A DNA stretch of 43,542 nt, taken from positions 1 through 43,542 of the forward strand of contig JBKDUV010000188.1 in the NCBI GenBank assembly GCA_046339335.1, read 5' to 3'. The notes below the pieces were generated by a model, which was not told the origin of the DNA, searched no databases, and was given only the letters and a program-made list of their open reading frames with translations. The position numbers and the translations under genes were made by a program. This document shows, one piece after another, positions 25,359 to 34,921 of this stretch (positions are counted from its first letter, which is position 1; every line of letters begins with the position of its first letter). Source of the DNA: Planctomycetia bacterium (lineage in GTDB: Bacteria; Planctomycetota; Planctomycetia; Pirellulales; UBA1268).

Positions 25359-26633
25359 ATGTCCCCGACCCATGATCCCGTCGACCGCCGCCTGCCCGTC
25401 ACCGTCCTCTCCGGCTTCCTCGGGGCCGGCAAGACGACGCTCCTCAATCACCTCCTCGCCAACCGCGCCGGCCTCCGCGTGGCGGTGATCGTCAACGACA
25501 TGAGCGCGGTCAACATCGACGCCCAGCTCGTCGACGGACCGCTGGCGGCGCCGGCCGCCCGCCTGAGCCGCACCGAGGAGAAACTCGTCGAGTTCTCCAA
25601 CGGCTGCATCTGCTGCACGCTGCGCGAGGACCTGCTCGAGGAAGTGGCCCGGCTCGCCCGCGAGGGGCGGTTCGACTACCTGCTCGTCGAGAGCACGGGG
25701 ATCTCCGAGCCGTTGCCGGTCGCCGAGACGTTCCCGTTCACCGACGAGCAGGGGGCGAGCCTGTCGACCCTCGCCCGGCTCGACACGCTCGTGACGGTCG
25801 TCGACGCGGCCAACTTCCTCGACGACTACTGCTCGCGGGACGAACTCCGCGAACGCGGCATCGGGCTCGACGCGAACGACTCCCGTGATCTCGTCCAGCT
25901 CCTCGTCGACCAGGTTGAATTCGCCAACGTGATCGTCGTCAACAAGACCGATCTCGCCCCGACCGAGGACGTCGCCTACCTGGAGGCGATCCTGCGGTCC
26001 CTGAACCCCGCGGCGGTCATCCTCCGCTCTGATCATGGCCGCGTGCCGGCGGCTGCGGTCCTCGGCACCGGGCTGTTCGACATGGCACATGCCGCCGCCC
26101 ATCCGGGTTGGCTGGCCGAGACCCCCGGGACGCACCGGCCGGAAACGGAGGAATACGGCATCTCCAGCCAGGTGTTCCGCGCCCGGCGGCCGCTGCATCC
26201 GGGCCGCTTCTGGGACCTGATCACCGGGCCCGTCTTCAAGGGCGTGATCCGCTCCAAGGGCGTGCTCTGGCTTGCGACCCGCTCCGACTGGGCCGGCATC
26301 TGGTCGAGCGCGGGAGTCGTGTCGAGCCTTCAGCCGGGTGGAGCCTGGCTGGCGACGGCCCCGCGGGAGGAATGGCCGGCGGGGATCGACGACGATGACC
26401 TGGCGGAAATCTGGGAGGAACCGTGGGGCGACCGACGGCAGGAACTCGTCGTCATCGGCGCCAAACTTGCCCCCGACCTGCTCGCGCACCTGGAACGCTG
26501 CTGCCTCACCGCTGTCGAGATGCGGGGCGGCCCCGACGCCTGGCTCGGCCTCGACGACCCGTTTCCGGCCTGGCGGATCGCTGCCGACGACGCGAGCAAC
26601 CTCACCGTCGCGGCGGACGACGCGACCACGTGA
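25359..26633 (+). CDS. COG0523 / CobW-family metallochaperone GTPase
   Basis: In-frame ATG in ORF 25062..26633. P-loop [12 protein letters not shown], metal motif [22 protein letters not shown] and a CobW_C-like C-terminal half. Confidence 0.9.
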   Translation: MSPTHDPVDRRLPVTVLSGFLGAGKTTLLNHLLANRAGLRVAVIVNDMSAVNIDAQLVDGPLAAPAARLSRTEEKLVEFSNGCICCTLREDLLEEVARLAREGRFDYLLVESTGISEPLPVAETFPFTDEQGASLSTLARLDTLVTVVDAANFLDDYCSRDELRERGIGLDANDSRDLVQLLVDQVEFANVIVVNKTDLAPTEDVAYLEAILRSLNPAAVILRSDHGRVPAAAVLGTGLFDMAHAAAHPGWLAETPGTHRPETEEYGISSQVFRARRPLHPGRFWDLITGPVFKGVIRSKGVLWLATRSDWAGIWSSAGVVSSLQPGGAWLATAPREEWPAGIDDDDLAEIWEEPWGDRRQELVVIGAKLAPDLLAHLERCCLTAVEMRGGPDAWLGLDDPFPAWRIAADDASNLTVAADDATT

Positions 26634-26673
26634 TGGATGCCGCATGAACCGGCTGCCGGACGCTGCCGCGCCG

Positions 26674-27489
26674 TCAGTCGCTCGCGGCCCCGGACCAGAC
26701 ATCCGCCGCTGCCGTCAGGCTGCCGGCGCGGCAATGTTTCAGGCCGGCGGACGTGTCAAGCAGCAGGCCACCGTCGACGGCGATCCCACGGCAGATGCCG
26801 CGGTCGATCCGATCGCCGACGTAGAGCGTCACCTCGCAGCCGGTCAGGCCGCACAGCGGCCGGTAGCGGTCCGGCAAGATCGCGGGATCTCGGTCGAGGC
26901 CGGCGAGCAGGGCGAGCAGCCGGGGAATGAACCCCGCAAGGAGGGTTTCCCGGTCGAGCGGCCTGCCGATCAGGTCGGGAATCGTGACGACCCGCCGGGC
27001 GAGCGGCTCCGGTGCGTCGGCCGCGCTGCCGGCCGTGTTCACGCCGATGCCGAAGATGACCCGGCCCGTTCCGGTCGTCTCCACGAGGATGCCGGCGAGC
27101 TTTCCAGCACCCACGTAGACGTCGTTCGGCCAGCGGACCACCGTCACCACGTCGGGCACGAGGTCGCGGAGCGTCTCGACGAGGGCCACGCCGCAGGCCA
27201 GCGACCAGGTTGGCGGCGGGGCGACAGACGCGGCAGGGGCCGCGAGCACGAGGCTCACCGTCAGGCTGTCGGGGCTTTGCCACCAGCCCGCGCCGCGCCG
27301 GCCGCGGCCGTGCGTCTGCCGGTCGGCGATCACCGCCGCGGGCAGGGCCGCACCAGAGTCGGCGGCAATCTCCCGCGCCCGGATCATCGTCGACGCGACG
27401 ATCGCGTGCCGCTCGACCGTCGCCAGCGGCGGGCAGAGCCGTGACCGCAACGTGCCGGCGTCGATGGCTCCCTGCAAGGGATCCTGCAT
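26674..27489 (-). CDS. birA: biotin--[acetyl-CoA-carboxylase] ligase without an N-terminal HTH (group I)
   Basis: In-frame ATG 27489 in ORF 26674..27534. DRQTHGRGRRGAGWWS and KWPNDV-like RWPNDVYVGAGKLAGILVE motifs. The start lies 1 nt after the stop of the ATPase gene. Confidence 0.85.
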   Translation of the reverse strand: MQDPLQGAIDAGTLRSRLCPPLATVERHAIVASTMIRAREIAADSGAALPAAVIADRQTHGRGRRGAGWWQSPDSLTVSLVLAAPAASVAPPPTWSLACGVALVETLRDLVPDVVTVVRWPNDVYVGAGKLAGILVETTGTGRVIFGIGVNTAGSAADAPEPLARRVVTIPDLIGRPLDRETLLAGFIPRLLALLAGLDRDPAILPDRYRPLCGLTGCEVTLYVGDRIDRGICRGIAVDGGLLLDTSAGLKHCRAGSLTAAADVWSGAASD

Positions 27490-27490
27490 G

Positions 27491-29812
27491 TCAGTCGCTC
27501 CGCACCAGGGGCACGAACCGCAGCCGCAGGGCATTCGCCACGACCGACAGCGAGGACAGGCTCATGGCGGCGGCGGCGAGCATCGGGTCGAGCAGGAGGT
27601 GGGAAGAAATCGGGTACAGCACCCCCGCGGCGAGCGGGATCCCAAGCGCGTTGTAGCCGAATGCGAAGTACAGGTTCTGGCGGATGTTCCGCATCGTGGC
27701 TCGGCTGAGCATGACCGCCCTCTCGATGCCGCGCAGGTCTCCCGTGACGAGCGTGATGCCGGCCGATTCGATCGCCACGTCGCTGCCGGTGCCCATCGCG
27801 ATCCCGACGTCGGCCGCGGCCAGAGCCGGGCCGTCGTTGATCCCGTCCCCGGCCATTGCCACCCGACGGCCCGCGGCCCGCAGCGCCATGATGCGGTCGT
27901 GCTTGTCGGCCGGCCCGAGCCCCGCCTCGACGTCGTCGATGCCGAGTTGTCCGGCGACGCCACGGGCCGTACGCTCGTCGTCGCCGGTCAGCATCCGGAT
28001 TCGCAGGCCGAGCGCGTGCAGCCTGCGGATGGCCTCCGCGGTCGTCTCCTTGATCGGATCGGAGACGGCGAGCAGGCCGGCGTAACGGCCACCGATGGCG
28101 ACGTGGATCACGCTCCGGCCGAGCGCGGCGAGGTCCGCGGTCTTCGCGGCCGCGGCCGCGGCCGCCGGTTCCGCAGCGGCGGCGATCCATGCCGGCCGAC
28201 CGACGAGCACCGTCCGGCCCGCCACGCTTCCGCGCACGCCCGACCCGGGAACCGCCACGAAGTCGAGCACGAGCGGCGGCTTCAGGTCGCGATCCGCCGC
28301 GGCCGCCACGATCGCCCTGCCGAGCGGATGCTCGCTGTATCGCTCGAGACCCGCCGCCGTGGACAACAGGTCCGCGGCGGTAAATCCCTCCCCCGGAAGG
28401 CACTCGGTGACCACCGGCCGCCCCGCGGTCAGCGTGCCGGTCTTGTCGACGACGAGCGTGTCGACGCGTTCCAGCGCCTGAAGCACCTCGGCATTCCGCA
28501 CGAGCACGCCCTCCCGCGCGCCGCGGCCGATGCCGACCATGATCGACATCGGCGTGGCCAGTCCGAGGGCGCAGGGGCAGGCGATGATCAGCACGGCCAC
28601 CGCGTTGGCAAGCGCCAGGGCGGGAGACGGCCCGAGCAGCATCCAGACGACGAACGTGACAACCGCGCAGCCGAGCACGGCGGGCACGAAGGAGGCGGCC
28701 ACGCGGTCGGCCAGCTGCTGGATCGGGGCCCGGCTGCGCTGGGCGACGGCGACGAGGGCGATGATCCGGGCGAGCATGGTCTCCCGCCCGACCTTGTCGG
28801 CGACCATGAGGAACGAGCCTGCCTGATTGAGCGTGCCGCCGATCACCGTATCGCCCGCCTGCTTGCCGACAGGCAGCGGTTCGCCGGTGAGCATCGATTC
28901 CTCGATCGTGGTCCGCCCCTCGGCGACGTGGCCATCCACCGGCACCTGCTCGCCGGGGCGGACGCGGAGCATGTCGCCCACACGGACGTCGGCGAGGGGC
29001 TCGTCACTCTCGACGCCGTCCCGGACGACCCGGGCCTGCTGCGGGGCAAGCGCCACGAGTTCGCGGATCGCGGACCCCGTCTGGCGTCGAGCCCGCATCT
29101 CGAGAACCTGCCCGAGGAGCACGAGCGTGATGATCACCGCGGCCGCCTCGAAGAACAGCGGTGCCGAACCGTGCCGGTGCAGCTGCGGCGGCAACACCGC
29201 CGGCGCGACGACCGCGACGAGGCTCGCGGCGTACGCCGCGGCGGTGCCGAGGGCGACGAGGGAGAACATCGAGGGGCGGCCGGCCAGCAGCCCGCGGATG
29301 CCGCGATCGAAGCAGGGCCACCCCGCCCAGAACACGACCGGTGTCGCCAGCACGAGCTGCAGCCAGCCGTGGGCCGTGCCGCCGAGCCAGCGATCGACCG
29401 GCAGGCCGACCATCGGCAGCATCGCCAGCAGGAACACGGGCAGCGTCAGCACCGCTGCCCCTCCAAAGCGCCGGACCATGCTGCGGAGTTCAGCGTCGTC
29501 TCCGGCAGCGGCGGCGGCGACGTCCCTGGGCTCGAGGTCCATGCCGCAGTCGGGGCAGGCGCCGGGGCCGACCTGCTCGACCTCCGGGTGCATCGGACAC
29601 GTGTAGACGGCCTCCGGATCGGCGTCCGCCAGCGGTGCGGTTCGGCCCGACTGCCCGCCGCCACAGCAGCCGGCGGCCGGCGCGGCCGGCACGCCGTCCC
29701 GAAACTTCCGCCGGCACCCGGCGCAGCAGAAATAAAATGTCTCGCCGTCGCGGACCGCCGTGTGCGGCGTCGCTGCGGAGACGGTCATCCCGCAGATCGG
29801 ATCGGTTGGCAT
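27491..29812 (-). CDS. copA: Cu(I)-type P1B-ATPase with N-terminal TRASH/YHS-like and Cys4 metal-binding modules
   Basis: In-frame ATG 29812. [44 protein letters not shown] in TM6, DKTGT, YN-x4-P (GYNALGIP), MSLSS and [10 protein letters not shown]. Confidence 0.9.
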   Translation of the reverse strand: MPTDPICGMTVSAATPHTAVRDGETFYFCCAGCRRKFRDGVPAAPAAGCCGGGQSGRTAPLADADPEAVYTCPMHPEVEQVGPGACPDCGMDLEPRDVAAAAAGDDAELRSMVRRFGGAAVLTLPVFLLAMLPMVGLPVDRWLGGTAHGWLQLVLATPVVFWAGWPCFDRGIRGLLAGRPSMFSLVALGTAAAYAASLVAVVAPAVLPPQLHRHGSAPLFFEAAAVIITLVLLGQVLEMRARRQTGSAIRELVALAPQQARVVRDGVESDEPLADVRVGDMLRVRPGEQVPVDGHVAEGRTTIEESMLTGEPLPVGKQAGDTVIGGTLNQAGSFLMVADKVGRETMLARIIALVAVAQRSRAPIQQLADRVAASFVPAVLGCAVVTFVVWMLLGPSPALALANAVAVLIIACPCALGLATPMSIMVGIGRGAREGVLVRNAEVLQALERVDTLVVDKTGTLTAGRPVVTECLPGEGFTAADLLSTAAGLERYSEHPLGRAIVAAAADRDLKPPLVLDFVAVPGSGVRGSVAGRTVLVGRPAWIAAAAEPAAAAAAAKTADLAALGRSVIHVAIGGRYAGLLAVSDPIKETTAEAIRRLHALGLRIRMLTGDDERTARGVAGQLGIDDVEAGLGPADKHDRIMALRAAGRRVAMAGDGINDGPALAAADVGIAMGTGSDVAIESAGITLVTGDLRGIERAVMLSRATMRNIRQNLYFAFGYNALGIPLAAGVLYPISSHLLLDPMLAAAAMSLSSLSVVANALRLRFVPLVRSD

Positions 29813-30106
29813 GGCTCGCGCGGAAAACGGTTGGGGAAAGCGGGGGTTTGATTCACAATGCGGTTCGACGCGCTGCTGGGCTCCGTCGCCCCTGGAAGCG
29901 GCGGACAACCACGCGGTTTTGCCTTGGCAGCGGGGACGGGCTGGCCTCTTCCGTTATCAATTTTCGGACCGGCCCGCCTCAACACTCGGCCATGCGACGG
30001 GACGGAGGCATACCCCGCCTTCTGTGGGCCCAAAGCCGTGCAGCGTTCCGCGGTTCGGGCCGGCGGCGATCCGTCGATCCTACCCGGCGTGCCACCGGGA
30101 TGCTGC

Positions 30107-30429
30107 ATGCCCGACTTTCGCCGCTGGGCGGCCTGCGCCATCGTGGCCGCACTGATCGGCTGGAGCATCGGGGGCGGTGCGGCCGCGACTGTGGTCGCGG
30201 GCTGCTCAGCTCGCCGCGGTCAAGGCGGAGAGCGAGCGGCAGTTCGAGGAGCTCATCCGTCGCCGGCTCGCGATGCCGATCGAGCAGCCGATGAATTTCC
30301 TGCGCAGGCGTCTTCCCGGTGGCGGCAGCTGTCTCTGCGCGGCCCGCCCCGCGGGCGGCCGGGCCGCTCGGCTTCGAGGCGCTGGGAAACCGTGTGCATG
30401 GCCGCGTCAGCGAGGCGTTCCGCGCCTGA
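30107..30429 (+). pseudogene. uncertain small gene whose coding signal jumps between three frames (possible frameshifted remnant)
   Basis: Frame 1, from ATG 30107: MPDFRRWAACAIVAALIGWSIGGGAAATVVAG, high GC3, then GC3 collapses near 30205. Frame 2: AQLAAVKAESERQFEELIRRRLAMPIEQPMNFL, high GC3. Frame 3, after about 30295: ..AAGPLGFEALGNRVHGRVSEAFRA, stop 30427-30429, high GC3. Confidence 0.3.
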
Positions 30430-30435
30430 CGGCGT

Positions 30436-31383
30436 TCACTGCTGCTGCTGCTCGCCGTCGGCCTCGTAGTGCACGGCGTGGATGACCGTGTGCACCGGGG
30501 CGTCGCGCGGCGCGAGGGCCGCGTGCCAGTCGAGCGACGGCAGCCGGTCGAGTGTCCGGGTCGCGACGCGGACCTCGATCTGCTCGGCGCCCGAGCCGAC
30601 GTAGGTGCCCTTGTTCGGCGGCACGTCGCTGAAGTCGCGGCCGACCGCCGTCTTCACGAACCCGCCGCCGATCGGGCAGCCGTTGGTGGGATCGAAGCCC
30701 GACCAGCCGATGTCCGGCAGCCAGACCTCGCACCAGGCGTGGCTCTGCGACTCCCGGTTGGGGCGGTGAATGTAGCCGCTGACGTAGCGGGCCGGCACGC
30801 CCCACGACCTGAGGATGGCGATCATGAGATGGGTGAAGTCCTGACAGACCCCCTTGCCGTGCGTGAGGATGTGGTCGATCGGCGACGAGGCGTCGGTCAC
30901 GTCGCGGGCATACTCGAACTGGCTGCGGATGTGCTCGGCCACCTGGCAGACCCAGATCCCGACCCGCGTCCGCGGCCGCGGCGCGACGGCGATGCGGACC
31001 GGCTCGAGCAGCGGCGTCCGCCGCACCGGCCCGCGCAGGGCGAGGGAGTCGAGCGTCTCCAGCGGCAGCTGCCACTCCAGCGGGCCCGACTCGGGAAACT
31101 CGGCCTGGCTGGCGACGGGCCCGATCGCGGAGTCCTCCGTCTCGACGACGCTCGCGGCGAGGATTCGCACCCGTGGCGGCGGGGCGAGGAGATTGAAATG
31201 GTGGACGACGTTGCCGAAGCCATCCCGATAGGTGGCCAGGGGATGCGCCAGGCCGGTCGAGATCCGGAACGAATGGCAGCGCTGACCGTGGTCACTGGCC
31301 GGCTCCATGCGCAGCTCGCAAAGCCACTCGCGGACCGGCTGGGCGTAGGAGAACGTCGTCTCGTGCTGGATCTCGAGGATCAT
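30436..31383 (-). CDS. transglutaminase-fold protein (Bact_transglu_N plus transglutaminase core)
   Basis: In-frame ATG 31383: MILEIQHETTFSYAQPV.. Catalytic-type triad context GKGVCQDFTHL (Cys), SHAWCEVW (His), GFDPTNG (Asp). Ends EQQQQ, encoded by (CAG)4. Confidence 0.9.
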   Translation of the reverse strand: MILEIQHETTFSYAQPVREWLCELRMEPASDHGQRCHSFRISTGLAHPLATYRDGFGNVVHHFNLLAPPPRVRILAASVVETEDSAIGPVASQAEFPESGPLEWQLPLETLDSLALRGPVRRTPLLEPVRIAVAPRPRTRVGIWVCQVAEHIRSQFEYARDVTDASSPIDHILTHGKGVCQDFTHLMIAILRSWGVPARYVSGYIHRPNRESQSHAWCEVWLPDIGWSGFDPTNGCPIGGGFVKTAVGRDFSDVPPNKGTYVGSGAEQIEVRVATRTLDRLPSLDWHAALAPRDAPVHTVIHAVHYEADGEQQQQ

Positions 31384-31420
31384 GGGCGCGGCCTCCCGGG
31401 CCGTGGCACGGGCCTTGTGG

Positions 31421-32371
31421 TCATTGGAGCGAGTACTGCTGCTGGAGAAGCTGCGCGATCCGGGCGCAGCGGGCCTGGGCGTCGCCGAGGAAGGCATGCA
31501 GCTGCTCCCCCTCGAGCGTCGCGGCATCGAGGTAGGCGAGTTCTCCGTGGAGCCGGCCGACGACCCGCGAGACGTCGTCGTCGCAGCGGTCGGCAGAACG
31601 GCCGCTGATCGCCGCCAGCGAGTGCATCGCCCGGCCGAGGCAGAACCGCACCGAGTGCGGGAAGTCGGCGTTGGCGAGGAGGAACTCGATGACCCGCTCC
31701 GGCTCGACGCGGCTGATGTACAGCCGCTGATAAGCCTCGTAGGCGGCACAGTTCTTCAGCACCGCGCCCCACTGCAGGTTGCTGATCGGCAGGTCGACCG
31801 TGCCCGATCGCTCGAGGAGGGAAAACTTGGCGTCGAGGATCCGCAGCGTCTTGTCGGCCCGCTCCAGGTAGCGGCCAAGCTGGATGAAGTGCCAGCCCTC
31901 GTCGTGGACGAGCGTCGCCTCGCTGGCGCCGGTGAACAGGAGCACGCCCGTCTGCATCTCCTCACAGAAGTCGTGGGGTGAATCGGCGGCGCGAAACTGC
32001 TGGGCGGCCTCGCCGAGCCGCCAGTGGAGCTTGTTGAGCTCGCCCCACATCTGCGGGCTGATCGAGCCGCGGACGCTGCGGGCGTTGTTGCGGGCCCGGT
32101 TCATGCAGCCCATCACGCTGCCCGGGTTGGCGGTGTCGACGAGCAGCCAGCGCTGCACGGCCGCCACCGGGTGCTCGCCCGGGCGGACTGGCGGGGGGGG
32201 CTGCCGCAGCAGGGCCACGAGCGCGTTCCACTCCAGTTCTACGGGATTGGCGAGGACGCCGTGGAGGTCGAGGTCGAGCTGGAACGTGACGTTCACCGCC
32301 CGGGCGACGTGGTCGGCCCGCTCCAGGTACCGGCTCATCCAGAACAGTGCGTCGGCGACCCGGCTCAGCAT
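31421..32371 (-). CDS. alpha-E domain protein (COG2307)
   Basis: [28 protein letters not shown] is the canonical alpha-E N-terminus. The start overlaps the upstream ATP-grasp stop by 7 nt. Confidence 0.9.
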   Translation of the reverse strand: MLSRVADALFWMSRYLERADHVARAVNVTFQLDLDLHGVLANPVELEWNALVALLRQPPPPVRPGEHPVAAVQRWLLVDTANPGSVMGCMNRARNNARSVRGSISPQMWGELNKLHWRLGEAAQQFRAADSPHDFCEEMQTGVLLFTGASEATLVHDEGWHFIQLGRYLERADKTLRILDAKFSLLERSGTVDLPISNLQWGAVLKNCAAYEAYQRLYISRVEPERVIEFLLANADFPHSVRFCLGRAMHSLAAISGRSADRCDDDVSRVVGRLHGELAYLDAATLEGEQLHAFLGDAQARCARIAQLLQQQYSLQ

Positions 32372-33861
32372 GCTCCGCTCCGCTGGAACCGTTCCTCGGC
32401 CAGGACCCAGGTGTCCTTGCTGCCGCCCCCCTGCGAGCTGTTGACGACGAGGCTCCCCTTGGGAAGGGCGACGCGGGTCAGGCCACCGGGCGTGACCACG
32501 GTCCGCTCGCCGCAGAGGATGAAGGGCCGCAGGTCGACGTGCCGCCCCTCCAGCCGCCCGTCGACGAGCGTCGGATGGGTGGAGAGCTGAATCGTCGGCT
32601 GGGCGATGAAGTCGCGCGGGTCGGCCTTGATGAGCTCCCGGAACTCGTCCCGCTGGGCCTGCGTCGACGCCGGCCCGATCAGCATGCCGTAGCCTCCGGA
32701 CTCGTTGACCCGCTTGACGACGAGCGACTGGAGGTTGGCGAGGACGTGGTCCCGCTCCGCGGGGATCTCAGGGCGGAAGGTCTCGACGTTCTCCAGGATC
32801 GGATCCTGGTCGAGGTAGTAGCGGATCATCGCCGGCACGAACGGATAGATGCCCTTGTCGTCGGCGATGCCGGTGCCGATGCAGTTGGCGAGAGCCACGG
32901 TGCCGGCCCGGGAGGCGTTCACCAGGCCCGGCACGCCGAGAGCGCTGTCGTGGCGGAAGGTGAGCGGGTCGAGGAAGTCGTCGTCGATCCGCCGGTAGAT
33001 GACGTCCACCTGACGCGGGCCGCGGGTCGTCCGCATGAAAACCCGGTTGTTGTCGATGAACAGGTCGCGGCCCTCGACCAGCTCGATCCCCATCCGCTGG
33101 GCGAGGAAACTGTGCTCGAAGTAGGCCGAGTTGTACATGCCCGGGCTGAGGAGGACGGCGGTCGGCTGGTTGGAGGTCGCCGGCGCGATGTACTGCAGCA
33201 CGTCGAGCAGGGCGGCGGGATAATCGTCGTTGGGGAGGACGTCGTAGTCGTTGAACAGGGCGGGGAAGACCCGCTTGAGCACCTTCCGGTTCTGGAGCAT
33301 GTAGCTCACGCCACTCGGCGTCCGGGCGTTGTCCTCGAGGACGAGGTACCGTCCGTCGGCGTCGCGGATCAGGTCGGTGCCGCAGATGTGGACGTAGATC
33401 CGTCGCGGCACCTCGACGCCGACGAACTCCCGCCGGAAGAACGTTCCCTGGAGGACGAGCCAGGGCGGCACGACGCCGTCGCGAAGGATCCGCTGATCGT
33501 GATACACGTCGTGGAGGAACAGGTTCAGGGCCGTGACCCGCTGCACGAGGCCGGCCTCGATCTGCCGCCACTCGTAGGACGGGATGATCCGTGGCACCGG
33601 ATCCATCGGCCAGACCCGCTCGATCCCCTCCTCGGCCCGGTAGACGGTGAAGCCGACGCCGTCCTGCCGCATCGAGAGGTCGGTCATCGCCTTGCGCCGC
33701 CGCATGTCCTCGGCGTCGAGGCCGCGGAGCCGGTCGTACAGCGGCCGGTAGTGATCCCGCGGACCGCCCCGATCGGCGATCATTTCGTCGTAGGCGCGGC
33801 CGACCTCGTAGCCGGCGAACGGCCCGGCGGCGGAGTCGACGGCGGTTGCTGAAATTGACAT
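32365..33861 (-). CDS. circularly permuted type-2 ATP-grasp protein (COG2308)
   Basis: In-frame ATG 33861 in ORF 32365..33930. [62 protein letters not shown] and [19 protein letters not shown]. Confidence 0.9.
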   Translation of the reverse strand: MSISATAVDSAAGPFAGYEVGRAYDEMIADRGGPRDHYRPLYDRLRGLDAEDMRRRKAMTDLSMRQDGVGFTVYRAEEGIERVWPMDPVPRIIPSYEWRQIEAGLVQRVTALNLFLHDVYHDQRILRDGVVPPWLVLQGTFFRREFVGVEVPRRIYVHICGTDLIRDADGRYLVLEDNARTPSGVSYMLQNRKVLKRVFPALFNDYDVLPNDDYPAALLDVLQYIAPATSNQPTAVLLSPGMYNSAYFEHSFLAQRMGIELVEGRDLFIDNNRVFMRTTRGPRQVDVIYRRIDDDFLDPLTFRHDSALGVPGLVNASRAGTVALANCIGTGIADDKGIYPFVPAMIRYYLDQDPILENVETFRPEIPAERDHVLANLQSLVVKRVNESGGYGMLIGPASTQAQRDEFRELIKADPRDFIAQPTIQLSTHPTLVDGRLEGRHVDLRPFILCGERTVVTPGGLTRVALPKGSLVVNSSQGGGSKDTWVLAEERFQRSGAC

Positions 33862-33893
33862 CGGAACGATTGACTGCGCGTAAACCGAGCAGG

Positions 33894-33916
33894 GACTGCC
33901 CCGCTGGCGGGCAGTC
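33894..33916. promoter_or_regulatory. palindrome in the divergent ATP-grasp / Anbu control region
   Basis: GACTGCCC CGCTGGC GGGCAGTC (8-bp arms, 7-nt spacer), 33 nt from the ATP-grasp start and 125 nt from the Anbu start. Confidence 0.3.
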
Positions 33917-34040
33917 TTGCCTTTTGTCACAACTATCCTGTGCGGTTTTTGCGAGTAGTCTGGAACGGCGGACTTGGCGGACTCGCCTTACAGCAATCCG
34001 CGCGCCGAACCGGTCCGTCCAGGATATCCGGAGACCAACG

Positions 34041-34814
34041 ATGACCTATTGCGTCGGCATCCGCACCCACGAGGGGCTTGTGCTCGCCTCCGACTCGCGG
34101 ACGAACTCGGGGATCGACCAGGTCTGCGTCTGCCGCAAGATGCACAACTTCGCGGTGCCGGGGGAGCGGATGTTCACGATCCTCTCCAGTGGCAGCCTGT
34201 CGGTCACGCAGTCGGTCATGACCCGGCTGCAGCACGAGTTTCAAACCGGCTCGGGGCTGGCCGACGTGGCCACGATGTACGAGGCGGCCCGCTGCGTCGG
34301 CCGGCACGTCCGCGAGGTGGCGGCGCTCGACCGTGACTACCTGGAGCGGGACAACGTCGGCTTCGCCATCAACCTGATCGTCGGCGGCCAGATCCGCGGC
34401 GAGCCGCCGCAGCTCTACATGATCTACGCCCAGGGCAATCCGCTCCGGGCGACGCGGGCCTCGCCGTTCCTGCAGATCGGCGAGACGAAGTATGGCCGGC
34501 CGATCCTCGACCGCGGCGTCCGCTACGGCGCGACGACCCTCGACCAGGCGGTGAAGTACGCGCTCATCTCGCTCGACTCGACGATGCGGTCGAACGTGGC
34601 CGTTGGTCCGCCGATCGACCTGCTCGTCTACGGCGCCGACGAATTCGCCGTCCGCCGCTACCGCCGGCTGGCGGCCGACGATCCGGACCTCGTGGAGATT
34701 CGCGGCTGCTGGGAGCGGGAACTCCGCCGTGCCATCGGCCAGGTGCCGACGCTCGCCTTCCCGACGCCGGGACGGCCGGACGAGTTTTTCACGGTTGTCA
34801 CGGCGGACGACTGA
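34041..34814 (+). CDS. Anbu (ancestral beta subunit) proteasome-type Ntn-hydrolase homologue
   Basis: In-frame ATG 34041 preceded by GGAG. MTYCVGIRTHEGLVLASDSRTN.. places Thr directly after the initiator Met, with no propeptide. The ~257-aa length and GETKYGRPILDR match the proteasome beta fold pattern. Confidence 0.85.
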   Translation: MTYCVGIRTHEGLVLASDSRTNSGIDQVCVCRKMHNFAVPGERMFTILSSGSLSVTQSVMTRLQHEFQTGSGLADVATMYEAARCVGRHVREVAALDRDYLERDNVGFAINLIVGGQIRGEPPQLYMIYAQGNPLRATRASPFLQIGETKYGRPILDRGVRYGATTLDQAVKYALISLDSTMRSNVAVGPPIDLLVYGADEFAVRRYRRLAADDPDLVEIRGCWERELRRAIGQVPTLAFPTPGRPDEFFTVVTADD

Positions 34815-34921
34815 CCGTCCCGGCCGGCTTGCGGCCCGTCTGTCGCCACACGTACACTTCGTCTGATTCGCGAGATCCCCGGCCGGCTCTGCTGGCCGGG
34901 CACCGACAGGAGGTGACCGCC

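Noticed and set aside
27452-29851. 799-aa + strand ORF
   Set aside because: It is exactly antisense to the P1B-ATPase, whose minus-strand translation carries every canonical ATPase motif. The + translation is Arg/Gly/Asp/His-rich and has no motifs.
32347-33852. 501-aa + strand ORF. The same applies to the 457-aa ORF 9765..11138 and the 379-aa ORF 30469..31608.
   Set aside because: All are antisense to motif-rich minus-strand genes (the ATP-grasp, the DUF1570-like protease and the transglutaminase) and show no recognisable motifs.
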